Positions 1 to 8,576 of a DNA stretch of 64,000 nucleotides are shown here, piece after piece. Origin of the DNA: an uncultured cyanobacterium (lineage in GTDB: Bacteria; Cyanobacteriota; Cyanobacteriia; Cyanobacteriales; Nostocaceae). How positions within the stretch are numbered: the first letter of the stretch is position 1; every line of letters starts with the position of its first letter. Under the pieces are notes generated by a model that had not been told where the DNA came from, searched no databases, and was given only the letters and a program-made list of their open reading frames with translations. The position numbers were made by a program, and so were the translations under genes. The stretch spans positions 160,001 to 224,000 of the forward strand of contig CAVUDP010000004.1 in the NCBI GenBank assembly GCA_963740315.1, in the 5' to 3' direction.

Positions 1-2155
1 CTTCCGTGGCTAAAATATGAAACGGCGCAAGTTTGATATCGGAAATATCTTTAACTTCCCAACAGTAGCGACGGTAAGCGTCTACATATCGATCTGCCAT
101 TTCCTGACGCTGTTGAAATTTACTGAGTAATGAGTTAACTTCAATACCATTTTGGCTAGCTTTAATTAGTAAATCTATGGCATTACTTAAAGCCGGACGG
201 GAAGCCGCACCGACTGCTGCATATTGGTTTCGGATCAATCCTTGAGCTTTCGCCGACCAAGGCATCAGTTCGCAATCGAGACATACCCAATCGGTATTTA
301 ATCTTGACCAAAAATTACTGTCACAAAGAGCGCGATTTATCCGTTGTAGAAATTCCGCTTCTAATTCCGAATTATTAAAAAAGCGTCTTCCGGTGCGAGT
401 GTAGCAGATACCGATGCCTTCGTTAACAATTCCGAATCTTCTTTTAACAGCTTCGCGATCGCGACATACAATAACTACGGCTCGCGAACCCATGTGTTTT
501 TCTTCACAAATTACTTCAGTAATTCCTTGGTTTTTATAATAAGCAAAAGCTTCTTTCGGATGTTCCAAATATCCGGGTAATTGGGAAGTTTCCACGGGTG
601 ACATGGTAGGGGGAAGATAAATCAACCATTTGGGATTCGCAGCAAACCGACTCATCACTTCCAAAGCTGCGATCGCGTTTTCTTCGCGGATGGTAATCTT
701 GTTTTGCAGACGTACATTAATAACCCGTTTACCCAAGACATCATCAATATTTAAAACATCGTCTAACTGCTGCTGGGAACTCATTCCCGCACCTGTCACA
801 TTCCCCAAAGGTTTCACGGGTTCGCAGTAAACTTTCGCTGCATCAACACTGATTAATTCTTTTTCGGGATAGCGCAAAGCAGTTAACTTTCCTCCAAATA
901 CGCAACCCGTATCAATATCAATCGTATTATTTAACCATTCCGCTTCCGGTACCGGGGTATGTCCGTAAACCACCATCGCTTTACCGCGATATTCCGCAGC
1001 CCAATTGTAGCGCACGGGTAAGCCGAATTCATCGATTTCGCCGGTAGTTTCACCATACAGCGCAAAACTCCGCACCTTTCCCGAACCCCTTCCCTGCATT
1101 TCTTCTCGCATTCCTGCATGAGCTACTACCAAACGTCCATCATCTAGGACAAAATGACTTATCAATGAGTCGATAAATTCTTCAATTTCTTTGAGAAAAG
1201 GTTCGCGTACTTCTGGAGATAAAGCTTCTATTTCTGCAACTGTTTGCTCTAAACCGTGGTTGATCTGAACTTTTTTACCTCGGATTTTACGTAAAAGCTT
1301 GTTTTCATGATTACCGGGAACGCAAATAGCCGCACCCGCTTCAACCATGTTTTTCACAAGTTTGACGGTATCAAGAATTCGGGGACCTCTATCTACTAAA
1401 TCGCCGAGGAATAAGGCTTTTCGTCCTTGGGGGTGGGAGTAGAGAGGAGAGGGGGTAGAGGGGGTAGAGGGGGTAGAATGATTATTGTTAACTGGTAACT
1501 GTTCACTGTTAACTGATAACTGCTCACTGTTCACTGACTTTTGATAGCCTAGTTTTTGTAATAATATTTCGAGTTCGTCACAGCAACCGTGGATGTCGCC
1601 GATGATGTCAAAGGGACCGCGATCGTGTTTGCGGTTGTTCCATAATGGCTGACGTTCGATTTCTACGGCTGCGATTTCTTCGATAGAATTAAGCACGTAA
1701 ACATAACGAAAACCTTCTTTTTCTAAACCACGTAAAGAACGTCTTAAATTTTGAACGTGACGCTGAACTACGTAAGAACCAAATTGTCTATCTGGGCGTT
1801 GTTGGTTGCGTTGCTGACAGATATTTTCGGGTAAGTTTAAAACGATCGCAACGGGTAAGCAATGATATTCTCTTGCTAAGTTTACATAATATTTGCGGTC
1901 TTCTTTTTGAACGTTGGTTGCGTCAATTACCGTCAGTTTGGCTGCTGCTAAACGTTTATGAGCGATGTAGTGGAGTACGTCGAAAGCATCGCGGGAAGCG
2001 TCTAAACTATTTTCATCGTTAGAAACCAATCCGCGACAAAAATCGGAAGATATGACTTCAAAGGGTTGGAAGTGTTTTTTTGCGAAGCTTGATTTACCGG
2101 AGCCAGATGCACCGATGAGCGTTACTAATGATAGTTCGGGGATAGTTATTTTCAT
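1..2155 (-). CDS. pnkp: Polynucleotide kinase-phosphatase-ligase Pnkp (3' end beyond window edge; missing from ORF track)
   Basis: Manual translation from ATG at 2155: MKITIPELSLVTLIGASGSGKSSFAKKHF (P-loop), GPFDIIGDIHGCCDEL and GDLVDRGP (calcineurin-like phosphatase), ICEEKHMGSRA (ligase motif I, ~480-510); the frame was consistent where checked. Confidence 0.95.
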   Translation of the reverse strand, partial: MKITIPELSLVTLIGASGSGKSSFAKKHFQPFEVISSDFCRGLVSNDENSLDASRDAFDVLHYIAHKRLAAAKLTVIDATNVQKEDRKYYVNLAREYHCLPVAIVLNLPENICQQRNQQRPDRQFGSYVVQRHVQNLRRSLRGLEKEGFRYVYVLNSIEEIAAVEIERQPLWNNRKHDRGPFDIIGDIHGCCDELEILLQKLGYQKSVNSEQLSVNSEQLPVNNNHSTPSTPSTPSPLYSHPQGRKALFLGDLVDRGPRILDTVKLVKNMVEAGAAICVPGNHENKLLRKIRGKKVQINHGLEQTVAEIEALSPEVREPFLKEIEEFIDSLISHFVLDDGRLVVAHAGMREEMQGRGSGKVRSFALYGETTGEIDEFGLPVRYNWAAEYRGKAMVVYGHTPVPEAEWLNNTIDIDTGCVFGGKLTALRYPEKELISVDAAKVYCEPVKPLGNVTGAGMSSQQQLDDVLNIDDVLGKRVINVRLQNKITIREENAIAALEVMSRFAANPKWLIYLPPTMSPVETSQLPGYLEHPKEAFAYYKNQGITEVICEEKHMGSRAVVIVCRDREAVKRRFGIVNEGIGICYTRTGRRFFNNSELEAEFLQRINRALCDSNFWSRLNTDWVCLDCELMPWSAKAQGLIRNQYAAVGAASRPALSNAIDLLIKASQNGIEVNSLLSKFQQRQEMADRYVDAYRRYCWEVKDISDIKLAPFHILATE
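1443..1537 (-). repeat. STRR-type repeats (CAGTGAA/CAGTTA heptamers plus TCTACCCCC 9-mers) embedded in frame in pnkp
   Basis: Translates to SVNSEQLSVNSEQLPVNNNHSTPSTPSTPSPL between GYQK and YSHPQGRK. Confidence 0.85.
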
Positions 2156-2191
2156 AGATGTTTATATTTTGTACCAAACACGAAATTCTTG

Positions 2192-2372
2192 TAAGTAGGT
2201 GGACAAAAATATTTGTGTCATTGCTCACGAGAGGCGTTAGCGCCTAGCGGAGCGTACCGTAGGTATTGCGTCTCCCCCAGGGAGATAGCAATCGCAAGAT
2301 ACTGGGATTGCGTCGTTTCACTCCGTTCCACTCGCAATGACAAATATACAATTAATTTTATCTAAGTACTTA
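2192..2372. mobile_element. MITE-like palindromic element (TAAGTAGGT...TACTTA ends, GTCATTGC...GCAATGAC core) carrying nested short hairpins
   Basis: Ends and core are shared with 28895-29093 and 30797-30936. Confidence 0.65.
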
Positions 2373-2518
2373 GATATCTCCGCAGTGCTACGTCTCAAAA
2401 CTTTGGAATCCCAACTTAATATTTTGAACAAGCAATAGCATTTTAGAATAATAAGAATATAATTAACCGCAGAGACGCAAAGATCGCTGAGGTAAGAATT
2501 ATAGAGAGTTTATTCCTT

Positions 2519-3610
2519 TTATTGCACTATCGAAACTAAATCCTTTGAACTTGGCAAGCCAGCAATAGATTCAGCAGTTTTAATCGCACGAATAACTGCT
2601 TGCGCCATAACCTCAGCGGCTAATGTTCCAAGCAAAGTTACGTTGGCAGTCGCTGCCGATTCGCCAGTAGATAACGCAAAGATTGTGTCTTTGTCATACA
2701 TGGTATGCACGGGATTTATTGTACGAGCTAAACCGTCATGTGCCATTTGTGCAACTTTCTGGCATTGTGCTTTATCAAGTTTCACATTTACAGCAACAAC
2801 TCCAATAGTCGTATTCGTACCGCCAAGTAAAGGCGGTAATTCTTCACCGCGTGCAATTGCTTTCATTGTTCCCAATAACTTTTTACCGTCAGGAGAGCGT
2901 ACACCTGCGATTAATTTGCCGTTAGATGGCTCAAATATATCACCAACAGCATTAACAGCAACAATTGCACCAACTGTAATTCCTCCTGGTAATTTAATTG
3001 ATGCCGTGCCAATGCCGCTTTTCATTGCACGACTCATACCAAACAATTTTCCGACAGTAGCACCCGCTCCTGCACCAACATTACCTTCTCTCACCAACTT
3101 ATCTGAAGCATTATTGCAAGCTTGATATCCTGCGATCGCATCTGGACGAATTTTGGCATCTCCAACATTTAAATCAAATAGGATTGCTGCGGGAACAATA
3201 GGCACTTTTGCTACACCTACATCGTAGCCAATACCACGCTCCTCTAAAAATTTCATCACTCCCGTAGCCGCATCAAGTCCAAAAGCACTACCACCAGAAA
3301 GTAGAATAGCGTGAACTTGTTGCACTAAATTTTTCGGATCGAGCAAATCTGTTTCCCGTGTTCCCGGAGCCGCACCACGAACATCTACACCTGCAACCGC
3401 ACCCGATCCAGTTAAGATAACTGTACAACCTGTTGGTCTACGACTGTCGGTGAAATGACCTACTTTAATACCGGAAACATCAGTAATAGAACTATTCGAG
3501 TTCGACTGAGCAGGTTTCGATTGGGCAAATGTACGAATCGGTATTGACCCCAACCCTAATGCTAAACTGCTTATCAACACTTGACGACGAGATATTCTGA
3601 AATTACTCAT
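2519..3610 (-). CDS. P1/DmpA-like (S58) aminopeptidase with twin-arginine signal
   Basis: SRRQVL followed by a hydrophobic stretch; ITDVSGIKVGH, GAAPGTRETDLL, LSGGSAFGL, GNVGAGAG, NTTIGVV, AHDGLAR motifs. Confidence 0.85.
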   Translation of the reverse strand: MSNFRISRRQVLISSLALGLGSIPIRTFAQSKPAQSNSNSSITDVSGIKVGHFTDSRRPTGCTVILTGSGAVAGVDVRGAAPGTRETDLLDPKNLVQQVHAILLSGGSAFGLDAATGVMKFLEERGIGYDVGVAKVPIVPAAILFDLNVGDAKIRPDAIAGYQACNNASDKLVREGNVGAGAGATVGKLFGMSRAMKSGIGTASIKLPGGITVGAIVAVNAVGDIFEPSNGKLIAGVRSPDGKKLLGTMKAIARGEELPPLLGGTNTTIGVVAVNVKLDKAQCQKVAQMAHDGLARTINPVHTMYDKDTIFALSTGESAATANVTLLGTLAAEVMAQAVIRAIKTAESIAGLPSSKDLVSIVQ

Positions 3611-3735
3611 GTTATTGTTATTAGAAAAATCGATCGGAATAAAAAACCTAGTTTTTCAAAAAAGCGGCGTTTCTAAATACCTTCTTGGTGCGTAACACTA
3701 AAAGTAATTATAAAATATCCAGCCAACACAAAATT

Positions 3736-4494
3736 TCAACAACCAACAAATTCCCCAATAAACTCACTATAATCATCTTTCATTGGTAAATCTAATTCCC
3801 TTCTAATCCTTCTTCTCGTTACAAAAACAGTTTCATCTTTAACGGGGTTATATCCTTCTTTTTCATATTCTTCCCAATACAAACCCATACCGCGTTTTTG
3901 CCAGGTTGGTAATTCATTAAAGTTGATTCCGTGTTGAAATAATAATTCGTTTTTATCGGCTACTGATAAACCTTCCATAATACTGGTAGCTTTACGGGCT
4001 GTTTCTCCATCTCTTCGCAAACACCAATAACTGTGAGAGTTAAGAGAGTTTCTATGTGCATCTTGCTGTCTCCAACGAAAATAATCTATTACTTGATTTA
4101 TATTTGCTAGTTGAGAAATCCGACAGTCAAAACAAGCTATATCGCTCAAAAGTAAGGTAAATTTGGCGCTGGCTTCTCCTGCTAAAACTGAGTTTATTTT
4201 GCGGGTTTTACGACTAAATGTTTCATCTTCTAAGCTAAATAGTAAAGAAATTTCATCGCTTTGGGTGTAGCCGTAAGTAATATCAAAACCGCAATTCATT
4301 AAATGTTCTACGGTATCTAACATATAGTCGCGAAAACGTTCGTCTAATGGCACTTTAAATTTATGAACGTCTTTTGTTAAACGAGTAAAACCGCGTCCAT
4401 CTAATCTCGCTACTATATAAATTCCGGGTAATACGCAATAATCGTGAGCGGTTTCAAATACCCGCATTTTACTATCTAGTTCATCAAATTTCAC
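3736..4494 (-). CDS. thg1: Thg1-like (TLP) 3'-5' RNA nucleotidyltransferase
   Basis: RLDGRGF, QSDEISL, FDCR, YFRWRQQDAHRN motifs; start overlaps the stop of the upstream kinase. Confidence 0.92.
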   Translation of the reverse strand: MKFDELDSKMRVFETAHDYCVLPGIYIVARLDGRGFTRLTKDVHKFKVPLDERFRDYMLDTVEHLMNCGFDITYGYTQSDEISLLFSLEDETFSRKTRKINSVLAGEASAKFTLLLSDIACFDCRISQLANINQVIDYFRWRQQDAHRNSLNSHSYWCLRRDGETARKATSIMEGLSVADKNELLFQHGINFNELPTWQKRGMGLYWEEYEKEGYNPVKDETVFVTRRRIRRELDLPMKDDYSEFIGEFVGC

Positions 4495-4933
4495 GGTTCC
4501 ACTCCTTAACTATAAATGAATAATCTGGACGGGTTTTTACCGAGTAAATAGCATCAAATCCTTCTGAGTAACTTGGTAATACTAGTTTTTTATAAGTTGA
4601 TAATATTCCTACGAGGGGAATTACTTTTTTACCGGAGCGTTGGCTGTTACGCTGTTTGCAATCTTCTAAATTTGAATTAAAATAATATGCTAACACCTGA
4701 AAACCTTCTGCTTTGGCTGGAATAATGTAACGTTTTCTATCTTCTACCGTTGGATTGGTGTTATCTATGACAAACTTTTGTTTCGCATCTAAACAAGCTT
4801 GAAAAATCAGCTTTTCCCGGTGACGGGTTTTGAGCATATCAAGATTAATTCTGATGTGGGTATCGAGGAAATATTCGCGGTAAAAGGTTGATTTTCCCGC
4901 ACCTTGGATACCGATAAATATGATTGCTTGCAT
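4484..4933 (-). CDS. Small AAA_33-type P-loop (polynucleotide) kinase
   Basis: GIQGAGKST Walker A, VIDNTN, RNSQR lid. Confidence 0.85.
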   Translation of the reverse strand: MQAIIFIGIQGAGKSTFYREYFLDTHIRINLDMLKTRHREKLIFQACLDAKQKFVIDNTNPTVEDRKRYIIPAKAEGFQVLAYYFNSNLEDCKQRNSQRSGKKVIPLVGILSTYKKLVLPSYSEGFDAIYSVKTRPDYSFIVKEWNREI

Positions 4934-4935
4934 TT

Positions 4936-4994
4936 GTTTGTAGTAAGCGATTTATCGCTTTCAAAGATAAAGGGCTAAAGCCCTTACTACGAAC
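4936..4994. repeat. REPIN-like double hairpin GTTTGTAGTAAG...CTTACTACGAAC
   Basis: Inverted arms, each with an internal palindrome; related copies at 11345-11403, 14411-14627, 19687-19720, 22977-23031, 23080-23134, 59325-59360. Confidence 0.8.
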
Positions 4995-5017
4995 CTTTTT
5001 TTGATAATTGATAATTG

Positions 5018-6406
5018 TTAATTGATAATTGTAAAAACTGCCATTTGCGTTGGGGAACCTACTTCTAATTCTTCGTCTCCTATGCTTTGAAATTCTACGC
5101 TGTAACTAAAGTTTTCTCCTATTTGATTTGCCCAGTTTTTAAATTCTGCTCTTGTCCATTCAAAACGGTGATCTTTATGACGTAATGTCCCTGCTGGTAG
5201 GCTTTCAAATTTAACGTTATATTCAATGTTTGGTGTGGTAACTATTACCGTTTGCGGTTTGGCAAATTCAAATAAAACTCTTTCAAATGCGCTTAATCTG
5301 GGTAAATCAAGATGTTCTATGACTTCAATTACCGCAGCCGCATCGTATCCGGTAATTCGTTTATCTGTATATGTTAAACCGCTTTGAATTAATTGCAATT
5401 TATCCCATTGGTTGCGAGGTAAATGCAAACGATCTAATCTTTCTTTGGTAATTTCTAAAGCGCGATAGGAAACGTCTACTCCGGTAATTTGTTCAAAGTA
5501 ATTATCTTGCAAAAGCATTTTGAGTAAGTTACCTTGTCCGCAACCTAAATCTACAATTTTTTTAGCGTTATTTTGTTTCAAAGCTGCTACTACTGCATTC
5601 AAACGCTGCTGATTTAAACTTAATGGTTTCTCTACTGCGGCTTCTTCTTTATCGTGATTTTCTTCGGCACTATCTGGATCGGGTTCGTTGGGTTCGGTGA
5701 GTTGCGCTAATGCAGCGCGGGTTAAGCGATATTGACGTTTTAAATAGCGTTTGGTAATCTCTTCTTTTAATGGATGTTCCTTTAACCAACCTTCCCCGTG
5801 ACGCAATAATTTTTCTATTTCATCTTCGTTTACCCAGTAATGTTTATTATTATCTAAAACTGGTATTAAAACATAAAGATGGCTGAGTAAAAGCGAAAGG
5901 GTTATGGTATTTTGCAATTCGACGGTGAAATATTTACTTTCTCCCCATTCCGGGAAAGTTTCATCTAAAGGATAATTTTGTAAAGTTACTTGATAACCCA
6001 AAGGTTCAAACAATTCTCGTAAAAAACCTTCACCCCCATGACTGGGTAAAACCGAAATTTTTGCTACTAACGGTATTGGGGTTTCTACTAACTCCGGTTT
6101 ATCCTTGCAGCGCCCACCCAAAGCTGTACCAAATACTTGAGATATCGCCACGCTGAAAAACGAAGAAGCTACATAAGGGCGATCGTTTACATAAGCATCC
6201 AGCGTCAAAGTTCTTTTTCTAACTAGTTTTATGGGATTAATATCTAATAATAAAGCTGCGGTGCATTGTTCGTTGTTGGCTTCGGGGTAGAAAACGTGGG
6301 CTTCTCCGAAGGAAAGCGAAAACGACTGACAGCGACTTGGGTGTTTGTGTAGAAGATAACCCAAGTCGGTTGCTGGTTGGTGAGTGGTAGCGATGGTTAG
6401 CAGCAT
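5018..6406 (-). CDS. hen1: Bacterial Hen1 3'-terminal RNA 2'-O-methyltransferase
   Basis: N-terminal MLLTIATTHQPATDLGYLLHKHP and YVNDRPY (Hen1 ligase-activating domain); DLGCGQG, EVIEH, RHKDHRFEWTR. Confidence 0.95.
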   Translation of the reverse strand: MLLTIATTHQPATDLGYLLHKHPSRCQSFSLSFGEAHVFYPEANNEQCTAALLLDINPIKLVRKRTLTLDAYVNDRPYVASSFFSVAISQVFGTALGGRCKDKPELVETPIPLVAKISVLPSHGGEGFLRELFEPLGYQVTLQNYPLDETFPEWGESKYFTVELQNTITLSLLLSHLYVLIPVLDNNKHYWVNEDEIEKLLRHGEGWLKEHPLKEEITKRYLKRQYRLTRAALAQLTEPNEPDPDSAEENHDKEEAAVEKPLSLNQQRLNAVVAALKQNNAKKIVDLGCGQGNLLKMLLQDNYFEQITGVDVSYRALEITKERLDRLHLPRNQWDKLQLIQSGLTYTDKRITGYDAAAVIEVIEHLDLPRLSAFERVLFEFAKPQTVIVTTPNIEYNVKFESLPAGTLRHKDHRFEWTRAEFKNWANQIGENFSYSVEFQSIGDEELEVGSPTQMAVFTIIN

Positions 6407-6567
6407 TTTGTTGAAGGATGGGAAGACATTCTTTAGGGTAGCAAAATATTTTTTTTACAGCCTCGGAGCGCAGAGTAAGTAATTGCGATGAGCGGCGCAG
6501 TGAGTGGCGATCGCGCTTAACTCCATAGGGGATTAAGTAGTAATAAAAACTCTCGCTTGTCAAATAT

Positions 6568-6610
6568 TGCATAAAACTACATAGACATACTCGTAAAAAC
6601 TTTTTAAAGT
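6568..6610 (+). promoter_or_regulatory. Putative promoter: TGCATAAAA-N28-TAAAGT (-10-like)
   Basis: Same motifs and spacing at 18537-18579 upstream of the paralog; TAAAGT starts 95 and 94 nt before the two ATGs. Confidence 0.55.
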
Positions 6611-6699
6611 ATTGATTAGTAATCAGAGGGTTCATGAAGCTCTTGTGACTCCGAAAAACTCCGAATATCTATCAAACTATTTCTTGTAGGAAAAGAATT

Positions 6700-7518
6700 A
6701 TGTCTAACAATGCTTACACCGTGCATGAAAATCTGAATGAATTTGAAGAAAGCCTTCTAGAAGATTTTAGTCAAGGATATAACTTAGTTGATGTTGCGTA
6801 TGGTGATGGTAGATGGGTTGGAACTTATCAAGACACACCTAGTAATAGTGGTTTTATCAGCACAAGCAGTGTTGAGGAACTTACACAAACAGTTCAACAG
6901 CAGTGGGAGCAGGGAGGATATCATTTAACTGATGTTGAATACGGGGATGGTATCTGGTTTGGAACTTTTGAAGAAGATTATGGTGCTAATGCTTATAGCC
7001 TTTCAACCAGTCTTACCGAACTTACAGAAGATATTTCGGGAAGATGGGAAGAAGGATATGACTTAGTTGATGTTGAATACGGTGATGGCATCTGGTTTGG
7101 AACTTATCGAGATGTTCCTGGTACTGGTGCTTATAACACTGCAAGCAGTATTGATGAATTTAAACAAGATATTTCAGCAAGATGGGAAGAAGGATATGAC
7201 TTAGTTGATGTTGAATACGGTGATGGTATTTGGTTTGGAGTTTTTCAAGACGACTCTAGTATTACAAGTGGTTATGTCAATGGAAGCACTTTTGATGAAC
7301 TTCTAGCAGATGGTAAAGAATTATTTAGCCAAGGATACGAATTAGTTGATGTTGAATACGGCGATGGTGTCTGGTTGGGAACTGTTGAAAAAGAAACTTA
7401 TACACCTAGTTACAGTGACTTTGGCTTGGAAATGTTAAGGTTGCAAATGGAACATGAAATGCAAATGGATGCGCTTCAAATGATTTCGGATTCTATTGAC
7501 TCTATACAGTATGCGTAA
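6700..7518 (+). CDS. Acidic five-repeat protein (GYxLVDVEYGDGxWxG, ~46 aa period), probable five-bladed propeller, unknown function
   Basis: Five repeats visible in the translation; DNA repeat 7041-7088 recurs at 7179-7226; AGGA RBS. Confidence 0.8.
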   Translation: MSNNAYTVHENLNEFEESLLEDFSQGYNLVDVAYGDGRWVGTYQDTPSNSGFISTSSVEELTQTVQQQWEQGGYHLTDVEYGDGIWFGTFEEDYGANAYSLSTSLTELTEDISGRWEEGYDLVDVEYGDGIWFGTYRDVPGTGAYNTASSIDEFKQDISARWEEGYDLVDVEYGDGIWFGVFQDDSSITSGYVNGSTFDELLADGKELFSQGYELVDVEYGDGVWLGTVEKETYTPSYSDFGLEMLRLQMEHEMQMDALQMISDSIDSIQYA

Positions 7519-7629
7519 GTATGCTCAAACCCGGATTTTTAAACTTTGTTGAGAATGCGATCGGTTTGATAACTACTTTCTTACGGCGATTAAATTACCG
7601 AAATTTTCAACTATAAATAATATTTTTTT

Positions 7630-7656
7630 AACCAGGGTTTAACACTCTGGTTTTTT
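7630..7656 (+). terminator. Probable intrinsic terminator
   Basis: AACCAGGG-tttaaca-CTCTGGTT followed by a T run, downstream of 6700-7518. Confidence 0.55.
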
Positions 7657-7782
7657 CGATCGACATCTAAAGCCTTTTTTATTTGCACTTTTCTGTATGG
7701 GTTAAAGATTCATCTCCTATTAAAATGAAGTCACTTGAGTAGATGAAGTCCGAGGAAAAGTTTAAGGAAAGTTTCAATTTGG

Positions 7783-8508
7783 ATGAATATAAGTAAAAAT
7801 ATGGTATTAATTAACTTCCAAGAACACCAAGTTTACGAGGATTTACCAGTGGGGAAACTGTGCATTCTCGTTGTGGATGACCATCAGTTGATTTTAACTG
7901 GTACTCTTGATGTGTTGCGTCGAGAGTATTCCGAAGCCGATATTATTAAGGCTCAAACGACAAAAGAGACACTATCTTTAGTTCAATCTCATCAGTTAGA
8001 TTTGGTGATGATGGATTTGTCGATTCCTCATACTTTGGGGGAGAGAGCAGAAATTGAGTTGGGAATTCAACTTTTGCAAACTTTGCTCAAAGATTATCCC
8101 CAGCAAAATTTTATCGTGCAAACCAGCTATGTGAAAGCGTTAATCCGCATTAAACACGAAATTGATAATCATCAAGGTGGATTTGCGATCGCAGATAAAG
8201 GATTACCTGAAGATGAAATGTTAATGCGGGTGAATTTATCACTTAACGGTGCAACTCATACTAAAGATATCAAAACGGGAATCGAATTAAAGCCGGAATG
8301 GGTGGATGTTTTGCGATTTGCTTTTGAAGAAGGTTTGACTGATAAGGAGATTGCTAAACGAATGTATAAATCGGAACGAGCAATACGCACTTACTGGACG
8401 AAGATTCAAGACGTTTTAGAAATATATCCCGAAGACTGCAAGCAAAGCGGTAAGAATCTACGAATCCAAACCGAAATTCGTGCCCGCGATGAAGGTTTAA
8501 TTGATTGA
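7783..8508 (+). CDS. NarL-like response regulator (REC plus atypical HTH)
   Basis: LVVDDH, DLVMMDLSIP phospho-acceptor, QTSY, GLTDKEIAKRMYKSERAIRTY; true start may be downstream. Confidence 0.85.
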   Translation: MNISKNMVLINFQEHQVYEDLPVGKLCILVVDDHQLILTGTLDVLRREYSEADIIKAQTTKETLSLVQSHQLDLVMMDLSIPHTLGERAEIELGIQLLQTLLKDYPQQNFIVQTSYVKALIRIKHEIDNHQGGFAIADKGLPEDEMLMRVNLSLNGATHTKDIKTGIELKPEWVDVLRFAFEEGLTDKEIAKRMYKSERAIRTYWTKIQDVLEIYPEDCKQSGKNLRIQTEIRARDEGLID

Positions 8509-8576
8509 TAATTTCAGGGAGTAGGGAGTAGGGAGTAGGAAAAACTTATATAACTAAGTTGTAAATATATAACATA

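Noticed and set aside
630..1119. Short ORFs 630-830 and 931-1119
   Set aside because: Shadow frames of pnkp
6237..6635. 132-aa ORF overlapping the hen1 start
   Set aside because: Out-of-frame overlap with hen1 and the divergent promoter region; no recognisable motifs
6700..7518. Regularly spaced TTAGTTGATGTTGAATACGGTGATGG repeats resembling an array (also in 18668-19495)
   Set aside because: In-frame ~138-bp coding repeats of a protein
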